Shown here: in pieces, positions 10,285-20,263 of the stretch
Numbering within the stretch: the stretch's first letter is position 1
Layout: each line of letters starts with the position of its first letter
IMG/VR virus record: IMGVR_UViG_3300014913_000013
Coordinates: 1 to 61,847 of that record
DNA: 61,847 nt
DNA from: a virus
Taxonomy: Duplodnaviria > Caudoviricetes
Strand: one strand, 5' to 3'
Notes under the pieces: model-generated
What the model saw: only the letters and a program-made list of their open reading frames with translations
What the model was told of the DNA's origin: nothing
Database searches by the model: none
Position numbers and translations under genes: made by a program

Positions 10285-11292
10285 ATGTCGCATTTTATTG
10301 TTATGGTCATAGGGACAGATGTAACAGAACAACTTGAGCCTTTTTGGGAACTTGATTTATCTCAAGAGGAAATCAAGTATGACGAGAGGGTGGAATTTCA
10401 GGACTGCACTGATGAAGTGGAAGAAGACTGGAATGGGCGTAAAAATCTTGTGCGTATGCCTGATGGTCGGATACTCACTCCATGGGACGATGTTTTCAGA
10501 GTAGGAGACACTGTTGGGATAGGCCCTAACACACACGAAGTCAAGCCACCATTGAAAGTAGAAGAAGTACCAACAAAAGAGTATGTGAAATCGTTGGGAA
10601 TGACCAAAGAGGAACATATTGCTGATTGGTACGGATATGTGCAAAATGATGAAGGAAAATGGGGATACTACTGCAACCCAAACGCTAAGTGGGATTGGTG
10701 GGAAATTGGTGGAAGGTGGTCTGGGTACTTCAAGGTAAAAGAAGGTGTACCATCATATAGATACACATTAGGAAAACCTGGAGTAATGGGGAGCTGTAGA
10801 GACAGGGGGGAAAAAAGGGCGGATCAAATACACAAAGGGGATATTGATTTAAAAGGTATGCGTAAGGAGGCTGAAGAAAAAGCCAATGAATTGTACGATG
10901 TGTTTGAGCAAACTGTTTCAGGTCTGCCTGTAAGTGAATCATGGGAATCAGTACGCACACGTATGGAAACTATTGATGAAGCAAGGGAGTTCTATCACAA
11001 TCAGCCTATGATAAAGGCAATGACAAAAGTAGATAAACTCACTTGGTACAAACCGGAAGACTTTTTTGTCAGTAATGGAGGTAGAAAAAGGTTTGTAGAA
11101 AACGCATTTTGTAGGGTAATAACCCCATTCGCTATTTTGAAAGATGGTAAATGGTACGAAAAAGGTAAGATGGGGTGGTGGGGGGTAGTTCATGACGAAA
11201 AGTTACAGTACGACTGGTCTGCCAAATTCATGGAACTGTTTGAAGAACTACCGGATGACACCCTTATCACTATGGTAGATTGCCACATATAA
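10285..11292 (+). CDS. conserved phage hypothetical protein
   Basis: MSHF start, NPNAKWDWWEIGGRW, GKMGWWG, C-terminal VDCHI. Confidence 0.85.
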   Translation: MSHFIVMVIGTDVTEQLEPFWELDLSQEEIKYDERVEFQDCTDEVEEDWNGRKNLVRMPDGRILTPWDDVFRVGDTVGIGPNTHEVKPPLKVEEVPTKEYVKSLGMTKEEHIADWYGYVQNDEGKWGYYCNPNAKWDWWEIGGRWSGYFKVKEGVPSYRYTLGKPGVMGSCRDRGEKRADQIHKGDIDLKGMRKEAEEKANELYDVFEQTVSGLPVSESWESVRTRMETIDEAREFYHNQPMIKAMTKVDKLTWYKPEDFFVSNGGRKRFVENAFCRVITPFAILKDGKWYEKGKMGWWGVVHDEKLQYDWSAKFMELFEELPDDTLITMVDCHI

Positions 11293-11480
11293 GGAGGGCA
11301 TATGGCATACAAAAGTGTAGTGAAGTTTATAATAAGTGGATGGGTAGTTGCCGTATTATTTTGGGTAGCTTTCATCATTGGTACTATCTACTATATAGAT
11401 AGTGGTAAATTCCGTAAAGACATAACCAAAACAGGAATAGCAGTAAAACAAATAGTAAAAGATATCAAGGAGGCTGAATA

Positions 11481-11897
11481 ATGGATGTTGCTACTAAAGA
11501 AATGATGGGTAAACTGAATTCTGATAAACTTAGTGTGGAAGATATATCTAAAGACCCAACTTCTGCACTATTGTTAATACTTCATCTTGTAAAACCCAAA
11601 CTGAATTTTGACCACGATGCTGAATTGGCTAAAGACGCTATTCCTGGGTATGATACAGAAAAATTGAATGAATTTCAATATCAATTCTTTAGCTTACTTA
11701 TGGAAGGCAATGGCGCAACTTCTAAACTTGTAGAATTTTTGTACAACCACAATGATCCTGTAACAGTGGCCATAGCAAGTGCTGTCTCCATGAGAAATGA
11801 AATGTCATCTAAAATGGAGGAATTGATAGAAGGGTCACTTGGTGATCTTATAAAGAAATTTGCTGAACTTACTAAACCACATAATGAGGAGGATTAA
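11481..11897 (+). CDS. hypothetical protein
   Basis: AAGGAGG RBS. Confidence 0.7.
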   Translation: MDVATKEMMGKLNSDKLSVEDISKDPTSALLLILHLVKPKLNFDHDAELAKDAIPGYDTEKLNEFQYQFFSLLMEGNGATSKLVEFLYNHNDPVTVAIASAVSMRNEMSSKMEELIEGSLGDLIKKFAELTKPHNEED

Positions 11898-11898
11898 C

Positions 11899-12192
11899 AT
11901 GGGTGCCATGGAATTTGAATCAATAGCAAAAGGAAGTACTGCAAAAGAAGCCTTTCAAAATGCTCGTGAAGAAGCATTCTATGACTATGGACACTCTGGG
12001 TATACTGGTACTATAGCTGAAAAGAACACGTTTAGGATGATACACTGCGAATGTACGTCAGAAGCAGTATCAGCTAAAATGGATGAAGTGATGGAAAATG
12101 AAAGTCATTGGATACAAGATAAGTGGGGTCCAGCAGGATGCATAAAATTAGAAAATAATGAATGGTTATTTTTTGGATTTGCAAGCAGTTAA
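11899..12192 (+). CDS. conserved phage hypothetical protein
   Basis: GHSGYTGTIAEK, DKWGPA, FFGFASS motifs. Confidence 0.8.
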   Translation: MGAMEFESIAKGSTAKEAFQNAREEAFYDYGHSGYTGTIAEKNTFRMIHCECTSEAVSAKMDEVMENESHWIQDKWGPAGCIKLENNEWLFFGFASS

Positions 12193-12209
12193 ATACTGGA
12201 GGATGTACA

Positions 12210-12549
12210 ATGCCTATAATTAATAAGAAAGATTGGAAAGAGTGGGTACATAATAACAAAGATCCGTATGGAAAAACATGTGTGGATGTAGCCAGAGAAG
12301 TTATGCGTATGCTTGATGAAGGAGCAGAAATGAATGTGCATGAACTAATCAATCAAGCAGATAAACAAATTGGTGCAGGTGGTATTACTGGATTTATGGC
12401 AGGATGTGTAGCTCAAATGGTTTCTCACTGCCACAGCAGAGGCCCTGAATTTCTTGCTGTATGGAATAGAAAAATACAGATAAGCACTGAGGGGAAAAGC
12501 AACAAAAGAAGGTAGGATACTAAATCCAGCTTTGGTATGTATCAAATGA
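12210..12549 (+). CDS. conserved hypothetical protein with apparent frameshift near 12491-12498
   Basis: GITGFMAG motif; plausible C-terminus KATKEGRILNPALVCIK lies in another frame after a G4A4 run. Confidence 0.55.
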
Positions 12550-12575
12550 TGGTCAACCACGTAATTAAATAAAAC

Positions 12576-12604
12576 TTGACATTTTATGTCTTTTATAGTA
12601 TATA
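12576..12604 (+). promoter_or_regulatory. sigma70-type phage promoter
   Basis: TTGACA-N17-TATATA. Confidence 0.85.
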
Positions 12605-12784
12605 TACCATAACAATTTAAATAAGGGGGCAATATGGGCAAGAAAACAATCAAACATGAAGGAGATGTGTGCAAAGGATGTAAGTATTTCAAATCTAATC
12701 CAGGCAGGTGTACGTACACTAATCAATATATAGCACGCAAACATCCTGCATGTACGCACTTTAAAGGCAAAAAGAGGTAGAAAT

Positions 12785-14337
12785 GTGCACATTCTAATTA
12801 CAGATGATAAAGGCAAGAATCATGTAGTAAGAAAACAAAGTATTTCAAGAGTAACAAGTACTATAGGAGGCAAAACAGTAGTAAGATTCTGCAATAAAAA
12901 GGAAAATTTACCTATTTTTGTCAAAGAAACGGTAAAAGGGTTCTATTATAAGTACTTAAAAAAGAAACCCTAACAATACAGGAGAGGGCATGTCAGAATT
13001 AGGGAGAATAGAGAGATACACACTATATAAAGGGATAATGTTCTCTAAAATAGGGGAAAAGGCAGGTATTTATTTTTATGAAAATGCGTATGAAGATGTA
13101 ATACTACTGACAGATAAAGCAGGGGATGTAATAGCAAAGATATATGCTGATGCAGCTCAAAATTGTGTTTATCTGAAATTAAAACTTTAAATAGGAGAGT
13201 ATCATGGGAACGCGGTGTTTAACTGTAGTCAAAGATGATGGTAAGGATGTATGTGTTCTGTACAGGCAGTTTGATGGATATCCTGAAGGACACGGACTTG
13301 AACTGTGTGAATTTCTCAACAAGATTAAGCGCATCACAAACGGTATTTCTGGTGATCCAAAAGGCACAGCCAATGGGATGGGATGCCTTGCTGCTCAATT
13401 AGTAGCACACTTCAAAAATGAAGTTGGACAATTCTATCTGTACCCAAGTGGTACCAGAGATGTGTGGGAAGAGTTCATCTATGTTGTAAAAAACAAAGAT
13501 GGGGCACCTTATGTCATAGTTTACGATACATACGGTGATGAAACTGAAATGTCAGTATTTGATGGAGTAAAAGTAAAACCTGTTATGGAGGGCACACCAC
13601 AAGAACTTATTGAAGACATCAGGAGCAATAAAAATGAATTTGTATGATGAAACAAGAAGGAAAGAAGCTGAGTGGGCTGCAAATGCACTAGAAAAGTTTG
13701 TTAACTCATACACATACGATGTAAATACATTCATTGACAAAATAGTGTGCAGAACACATAGAACACTACAACAGTCAATAGGGGGACTAGTATTCGCACT
13801 AATCAGAAAATGGGCAGAAATGTACAGAAAAGATATGTATGACCTTAGAAATGAACAACTCTGTCAGGTATGTCATAATATAGATGAAACTATGACACAA
13901 GAATACAATGGTGACTGGACTACGTTGCCTACTATATAGGGAGTGATCATGGATTTAACAGAAGGTATGTGGGTGGCAGTAATATTTAATGGAGGGCAGC
14001 GTGCTGTAGGACATGTACGTGAAGAGTACAATACTTTGTACATTAACTGCATTACAGAAGACAATGCTGTTACTACTATACGTGGTGAAGATGTTGAAAA
14101 CTGGTGTGAAATACAAGTAAATTGGGAGGCAGCCGAATGAAAGAACCAGATAAAAAACCAGTAGTCAGACTTACTGGGAGGAATGGAGATGCATTCGCAA
14201 TATTGGGGGCAACTATACGTGCCCTAAGAGAAGCTGGTGCTGACGTAGAATACATAGATAAATATCAAAATGAGGCCACTTCTGGTGATTACAATAATCT
14301 TTTACGTACCACTATGGAATATGTAGATGTTTGCTAG
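12785..14337 (+). other. run of hypothetical CDS (12785-12973, 12990-13190, 13204-13647, 13634-13939, 13943-14140, 14137-14337)
   Basis: RBSs; 13204-13647 has MGTR...YRQFDGYP...NGMGCLAAQ motifs; 14137-14337 has GDAFAILG...SGDY. Confidence 0.7.
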
Positions 14338-14349
14338 ATAACATAAAAC

Positions 14350-14378
14350 TTGACAACTTACGTCTTTTATGGTATATG
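14350..14378 (+). promoter_or_regulatory. sigma70-type phage promoter
   Basis: TTGACA-N17-TATATG with TG extension. Confidence 0.8.
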
Positions 14379-14551
14379 TATTACAACAATTAATTCAAAT
14401 TAGGGGGCAGCATGAAATCTTTTGAAATTTACTTTGACGACCTGAATGAGGAAGCACAGGAGAACCTGTGTAAAGAGTTTAATACTACTCCAGGTGATGA
14501 AAATTGGGAATATCAGCCACTTGCTATCATAGAGCGTGAGGAGGAAGAAAT

Positions 14552-15391
14552 ATGAACTCTATAGCTTACTACAAAAACAAAGAAATAAGTGACATGGAAT
14601 TTCCTGATCCTGCCAAAAGGAGAATAGGACATTTAGTACGTAATGTAAAGCCAATTCCAAACTACAGAGCAGTTGTAGATAGGAATACTGACCGTACATT
14701 TGCCATAGTAAAAGATGGTTACAAGGTAGTAAAGCATGAAGATGTTATCAACCAAATGGATGAACTTTGTGCTGAATTTCCAGAGTATGGTACCCCAACA
14801 AGAGAAGTATGGCTCAGTAACTACGGAGGTAGGATGAAAACACGGTGGACATTCACTGATGTAGACTTTGAAATAACAACGCTTTCAAACGGAAAACCAG
14901 ATATAGTACACCCAACAATGGAAACATTTGCAAGTTATGACACATCACTTGCACATAGGACACTTGTGGGTGGGTTCAGAGTAGTTTGTTCTAACGGTAT
15001 GATTGTAGGTAAAATACTCGGTGAATATAAGAGAAAACATACAGCGAGCCTTGAATTGGGCATAGCAAAAGCAGTATTAACAGACGGTATGAGAGAATAC
15101 AGCAAAGCTACTGATTTGTGGATATCTTATGCTAATAGAAACGCTTCTATTACTGAAATAAACTGCTACGAAGAAATAGGGTTTAACAAAAACGAACGCG
15201 CTTCAATAGAAGCCTCAATTAAAAGTAAAGGCAAAGTAATTCAATGGGATAATGAAGAAAAGAAAAACCGTAAGGTAGAGATAAATGCATGGGAGTTATA
15301 CAATGTGCTTACCCAAGAAGCCTCCCACAGAATAACTGATGTTAAAAGACAACTCAAAGTAACAGACAATATCTCTAAAGTATTTGCATAA
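14552..15391 (+). CDS. DUF932-like protein
   Basis: SYD...GGFRVVCSNG...KH...AWELYNVLT motifs. Confidence 0.7.
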   Translation: MNSIAYYKNKEISDMEFPDPAKRRIGHLVRNVKPIPNYRAVVDRNTDRTFAIVKDGYKVVKHEDVINQMDELCAEFPEYGTPTREVWLSNYGGRMKTRWTFTDVDFEITTLSNGKPDIVHPTMETFASYDTSLAHRTLVGGFRVVCSNGMIVGKILGEYKRKHTASLELGIAKAVLTDGMREYSKATDLWISYANRNASITEINCYEEIGFNKNERASIEASIKSKGKVIQWDNEEKKNRKVEINAWELYNVLTQEASHRITDVKRQLKVTDNISKVFA

Positions 15392-15400
15392 AGGTGTATT

Positions 15401-16078
15401 ATGAAAATAGATAAAATACAAAAAAGGCTACAAAAATTGCTTGCACTAAGTGCAAGTCCCAATGAGGCTGAAGCTTCCCTTGCCATGCAGAAATGCAATG
15501 AATTAATGGAGAAGTATCAAATACGTACTATCGACGTAAACGAAGAAACACACGAAGTTGGTATAAAAACTTCCCGTGTACAAGGGTATACAAAAAGACA
15601 CGCCACATGGGAGTCTAAATTAGCTGCCTCTATATGTAGTTGTTTTGATGCCGAGGCTATTATACACAGAAAAAAAGATAGTTGGGGTATTGTGTTTATC
15701 TCAAGTTTGAGTGAACACGAAATTATAGTAGACTTATTTAAAAGATTGCGCAGAACAATAAGTAAACTGAGTAAATCGTATGCTGATAATAATGTAGGAA
15801 ACAGCCTAAGTCTACAAAAATCGTATGCGTTCGGTATGATAGACACAATACATGGTAGATTGATGACCATATACAGTAATTTACCAGAAACAACTGAACT
15901 TGTCGTATTTAAAAAGGAAGCTATAAATAATAAAATACAGGATATGTTTGGTACCATTAGTAGACAACGTATTGCTCCACCTACTAATAGAGATGCTTTC
16001 ATTAAAGGTGCGAGGGATGGCAGATCTGTGAATATTAATAGGGCTGTAAAACACAGGGAGCAGCGTGAAATAGCTTGA
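15401..16078 (+). CDS. DUF2786 domain protein
   Basis: N-terminal KLLALSASPNEAEASLAMQKCNELMEKY. Confidence 0.75.
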   Translation: MKIDKIQKRLQKLLALSASPNEAEASLAMQKCNELMEKYQIRTIDVNEETHEVGIKTSRVQGYTKRHATWESKLAASICSCFDAEAIIHRKKDSWGIVFISSLSEHEIIVDLFKRLRRTISKLSKSYADNNVGNSLSLQKSYAFGMIDTIHGRLMTIYSNLPETTELVVFKKEAINNKIQDMFGTISRQRIAPPTNRDAFIKGARDGRSVNINRAVKHREQREIA

Positions 16079-16103
16079 CATACGTAATCTTTTATAGTAT
16101 ATA
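16075..16103 (+). promoter_or_regulatory. sigma70-type phage promoter
   Basis: TTGACA-N17-TATATA; downstream leader identical to window positions 1-41. Confidence 0.85.
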
Positions 16104-16139
16104 TAGTATAACAATGAAACACAAACATAGGAGGCAATA

Positions 16140-16511
16140 ATGAAAAATGGAGTAATCATCAAAGTGCAGGATGAAGAATTAAATGAAAAAATAAATGAAG
16201 GGGTAACATGCGATAGGGAAATAAAAAGGTTGCAGCTAAAACTGACCAGCATTAAGGAGGATTTGGAATACTTGGAACCTGGAAAGTATATGACACCTGG
16301 AGGTAATACTGTAACTATTTCTGAATCTGCAAAATACTCAGAAATATCTCCTGAGGATGCTAAACAGGCATTACGTTCAAAACGTCTTGGCAAGAACTTC
16401 TTGGTGTGTGTAAAAGTAGTGGTTAAATGTCTCAAAAGGTACCTATCTGATGAAGAGCTGAACGCACTAAGAAGAATTGAGTCCTACACACGTAGGTACT
16501 CATTTAAATAG
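16140..16511 (+). CDS. hypothetical protein
   Basis: AGGAGG RBS after promoter. Confidence 0.75.
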   Translation: MKNGVIIKVQDEELNEKINEGVTCDREIKRLQLKLTSIKEDLEYLEPGKYMTPGGNTVTISESAKYSEISPEDAKQALRSKRLGKNFLVCVKVVVKCLKRYLSDEELNALRRIESYTRRYSFK

Positions 16512-16800
16512 AGGGTTGATATGTTTTCTATACTATTCGACGTACTGTTCCTTTCAGTTATAAAGAAATTAACAAAGAGGGTACCGCAACAAAATGCAGG
16601 GTGTGACGTTTTTATACCATTTGAAGATAGGGATGTCAAAAACAACATGCAAGAAAAAACAGACTACTACCCTGAAGATTTTGATGATTATGGGAACTTT
16701 TAAAATGGCCTGTAATCAAATTTCATAAAAATAGGGGTACAGGTATACAATACACTAATAAAATTGAATACAGGGCATTTTAGAGGTTTTTATAGGTAAT

Positions 16801-18153
16801 ATGATTAAAATTATACTAAAAGGTAGTTGCTTAATACATGGTGCGCCAGAAAGTAAACTGAACCTGATAAAGAAAAGGCTTACTTTCGACAACCCTAAAT
16901 ATGTACAGGCAAAAAGAAATGGGAGGTTTATACCAAGAAGTGTGCCACCCACACTTGAATTCTATAAAGAACGTGGAAGCGCATTAATGGTACCACGTGG
17001 AATGTGCGGATTTGTCTGCAAAACGATAGGGGTAGATCCAAAATATGTAAAAGATTTTACAGTATGTGATCCTATCAATATACAATTTAAAGGAAAACTA
17101 CGTGATTACCAAGAAAAAGCAGTACAAGACGTACTTGGTAGGAGATACGGTATATTAGAGGCTGGTACAGGTTCTGGTAAAACAATAATGGGCATAGCTG
17201 TCGCAACTAAAAGAAGTACCAAAACACTGGTGATCGTACACAATAGGGAATTATTACTACAATGGATTGAACGGTTTAAAACATTTACAGATATTGAAGA
17301 AGTTGGAGTAATAAGTGGTGGAACGTTTGATATAAAAGATGTGACAGTAGGGATAATAAACTCAGTAAATAAATGTGCTGCTTCTATAAAAAAAGAGTTT
17401 GGGTTTGTTATATATGACGAATGTCATAGAACACTTGGCAATACATGGATCAGCACAATCAATACTCTGATGCCTAAATACCACTTAGGGTTATCTGCAA
17501 CACCATACAGGAGTGATAAACTTACTGGTGCTCTATTCAGTATAGTTGGTCCAATAGTACACAAAGTAAGTAAACAACATCTAGAAAATACTGGTGCCAT
17601 ATTAATACCAGAAATAATAAGGGTGCATACTAAATTTTCTTACAGATATAATAATGACTATCCACAAATGCTTAGTGCGCTCACAGCAAATGAAACAAGG
17701 AATATACAAATAGGAAATGCTATAGTTAATGATTATTTACGGAATAAAGAGCCAATAATGGTAGTATCTGATAGGGTTTCACACTGCGAAGAATTGAGGT
17801 ACATAATTGATAACGTAAAAGGGATAAAACCAGTGGTATTAAGTGGGAGATTATCCAAAGAGTATAGAAAGCAAGCTGTAAAGGATTTATATGATAGAAA
17901 ATATAATATACTAATAGCCACAGTCCCACTACTTGGTGAAGGGTTTGATGCCCCTGATCTAAACGCAGTGTTCTTGACTACCCCAATGAAGTTTTCAGGC
18001 AGAACTATACAAACAGTTGGTAGAATACTACGGCCAAGTGAAAGTGGGGTACCACCACGGGTTTACGATTTTAGGGATACTTTAATACCAGTACTAAGAT
18101 ACAGTGGATTTGCTCGTGACAGGGTATATAGAAAACAGGGGTGGTTACAATGA
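16801..18153 (+). CDS. superfamily 2 DNA helicase (UvsW/XPB-like)
   Basis: LRDYQ, GTGSGKT, DECH, LSATP, EGFD, QTVGRILR. Confidence 0.92.
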   Translation: MIKIILKGSCLIHGAPESKLNLIKKRLTFDNPKYVQAKRNGRFIPRSVPPTLEFYKERGSALMVPRGMCGFVCKTIGVDPKYVKDFTVCDPINIQFKGKLRDYQEKAVQDVLGRRYGILEAGTGSGKTIMGIAVATKRSTKTLVIVHNRELLLQWIERFKTFTDIEEVGVISGGTFDIKDVTVGIINSVNKCAASIKKEFGFVIYDECHRTLGNTWISTINTLMPKYHLGLSATPYRSDKLTGALFSIVGPIVHKVSKQHLENTGAILIPEIIRVHTKFSYRYNNDYPQMLSALTANETRNIQIGNAIVNDYLRNKEPIMVVSDRVSHCEELRYIIDNVKGIKPVVLSGRLSKEYRKQAVKDLYDRKYNILIATVPLLGEGFDAPDLNAVFLTTPMKFSGRTIQTVGRILRPSESGVPPRVYDFRDTLIPVLRYSGFARDRVYRKQGWLQ

Positions 18154-19534
18154 TAGATACTAAGAAATACCAAAAATTAATGGATATGAAATTACATGAG
18201 GGAGTATCTATAACAGATACTACACGTATTATGCGTGTTCTTGGTGGGTGGGTATATATCACAGACACCACAAATGGAGTTACTTCTACTTTTGTGCCAT
18301 TGCCAGATAATAGTAGGAGAAAATTATGAACGTACAAAGTTGCGAAAACTGTGGTGTTGTGTACGACTATAGCAGAATGCCTGAATTTTACAGGTATGAT
18401 GATGAAGGAAATCTGAATAGTAATGAGTATGCATGGGATGAGTACAAAAAAGAATATATGCCTACTGTAGACTGCCCAAACTGCGGTGTTCTGATATTTA
18501 AAGAATCAGGGGAGGTAGTATGACAATAGCAAGCTGCAAGAAGTGTGGGATTCTATATGATGCAGGTGTAATGAAAGATATGCCTAAATTTATTGAGAAT
18601 GAAGAATATGAAGATTTTACTGTTGATGAAAGATACTTTGCATGGAGTGATAGTATAGATGATTTTGCTCCTACTATTAACTGCCCATGCTGTAATACAA
18701 GAATATTTAAATTTACAGGAGAGAAGGTATGAAAATTAATCCTAACAAAAAAGAAGATTTGTTTGAAAGAATTGATGCCAACCAATGCAACGTATGTGGA
18801 TATACTCCTGAAGAATTAGGCAAAGAAAAACACTATGCATACTGGTCTGGTCATTATTGCTCTGATGAATGTTATGATACCCTATTCGACATTTGTGATA
18901 CTTGTGGGAAATTGAACATGACAGTAGTTTCAAATGATGAAGATGGTAAGGGTAAAATATGTGATGCCTGCTATAATAAGAAGCACAATCTTAGTGTAGT
19001 AACTATATGTTATAGGGGAAGAAAATGAAAAATATAATGGAAAAACCCCTAAAGTTTATTGTAAGAGGGGATCATGTAATCTTAGCAAGACAAGATAAAG
19101 TATTCCTTTCTGAAGAGAAAGCTAAAGATCATGTAAAGATGCTCAAAAATCTTGGATATGAAAATGTGGAAATAATAAATTTTGAAGAAATAGTTAAATA
19201 TTATAATCCTAAACAATGAGGAAACATGAAACTTTTATTTTGTTCTAGATGTTTTGATGTATTCAAACTTGATTTTGAACTTAGGTCTTGTAAATGCGGC
19301 AAGGTCAAGGGGATGTATACAGATAATACAAATTCTGTTACTAATGGAAAAGGCATAAGTCTTGCTATTGGTAATGGTTCTCTTATTAATTCAGTTCTTG
19401 ATTTAAATATTATGCCTGATGATCTTGAAAGAGGTGATTACATAGAATCTTGTAAAATCCAGTACGCATGGGTAAGGCCAAATGAAGGGCCGGGAAACCC
19501 ACACAGTACAGTAGATGAAACATTAGGAGAGTAA
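18150..19534 (+). other. six short CDS, mostly Cys-rich zinc ribbons (18150-18329, 18326-18523, 18520-18732, 18729-19028, 19025-19219, 19226-19534)
   Basis: ATGA overlaps; CxxC pairs. Confidence 0.7.
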
Positions 19535-19535
19535 A

Positions 19536-20240
19536 ATGAAATACACATTTACCGGCAAGGAAAAAGACGGACTTAAACAAATACAAAGAATCTCTGATGG
19601 TTGTGTAGGTGGATGGATACAACACGAAAGAAACTTATCTCAGTCTGGGTATGCTTGGGTATTTGAAAATGCCAAGGTGTTTGAAAATGCCAGGGTATGC
19701 GGAAATGCCTGTGTATCTGGGGATGCCTGGGTATCTGGAGATGCCAAGGTATGCGGAAATGCCAGGGTATTTGAAAATGCCTGTGTATATGAAGGTGCCG
19801 AGGTATACGGAAATGCCAAGGTATTTGAAAATGCCTGGGTATCTGAAAATGCCAAGGTATACGGAAATGCCTGTGTATCTGGGGATGCCTGGGTATCTGG
19901 AGATGCCAAGGTATACGGAAATGCCAAGGTATCTGAAGATGCCAGAGTATCTGGAGATGCTTGGGTATACGGAAATGCCTGTGTATTTGGGAATGCCTGG
20001 GTATCTGGAGATGCCACAGTACATGGAAATGCTAAAATAAAAAAAGTATATTGTATCTCAGGTCTTCAATATTATATAACAGCATATGGGAACTATATTC
20101 AAATTGGATGTAAATTACATACTCTTTCTGAATGGGAAGAAATCTTTTCAAAAAATAAGTACATAGAATTATGTTACTCTAAAAAGTCATATGAAAAAAT
20201 TAAGAAAGCAGTTGAACTTTGCAAGTATATTTTATCATAA
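19536..20240 (+). CDS. hexapeptide-repeat (beta-helix) protein
   Basis: about 22 tandem repeats of the form A-x-V-x-[GE]-[ND]; C-terminal IQIGC. Confidence 0.85.
   Translation: MKYTFTGKEKDGLKQIQRISDGCVGGWIQHERNLSQSGYAWVFENAKVFENARVCGNACVSGDAWVSGDAKVCGNARVFENACVYEGAEVYGNAKVFENAWVSENAKVYGNACVSGDAWVSGDAKVYGNAKVSEDARVSGDAWVYGNACVFGNAWVSGDATVHGNAKIKKVYCISGLQYYITAYGNYIQIGCKLHTLSEWEEIFSKNKYIELCYSKKSYEKIKKAVELCKYILS
19651..20035 (+). repeat. 18-bp coding tandem repeat
   Basis: units such as AATGCCAAGGTATACGGA and GATGCCTGGGTATCTGGA. Confidence 0.9.
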
Positions 20241-20263
20241 AAGTAAACTAATAGGAGAGTAAA

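Noticed and set aside
19609-20040. Overlapping ORFs in other frames of the hexapeptide gene
   Set aside because: By-product of a stop-free 18-bp repeat.
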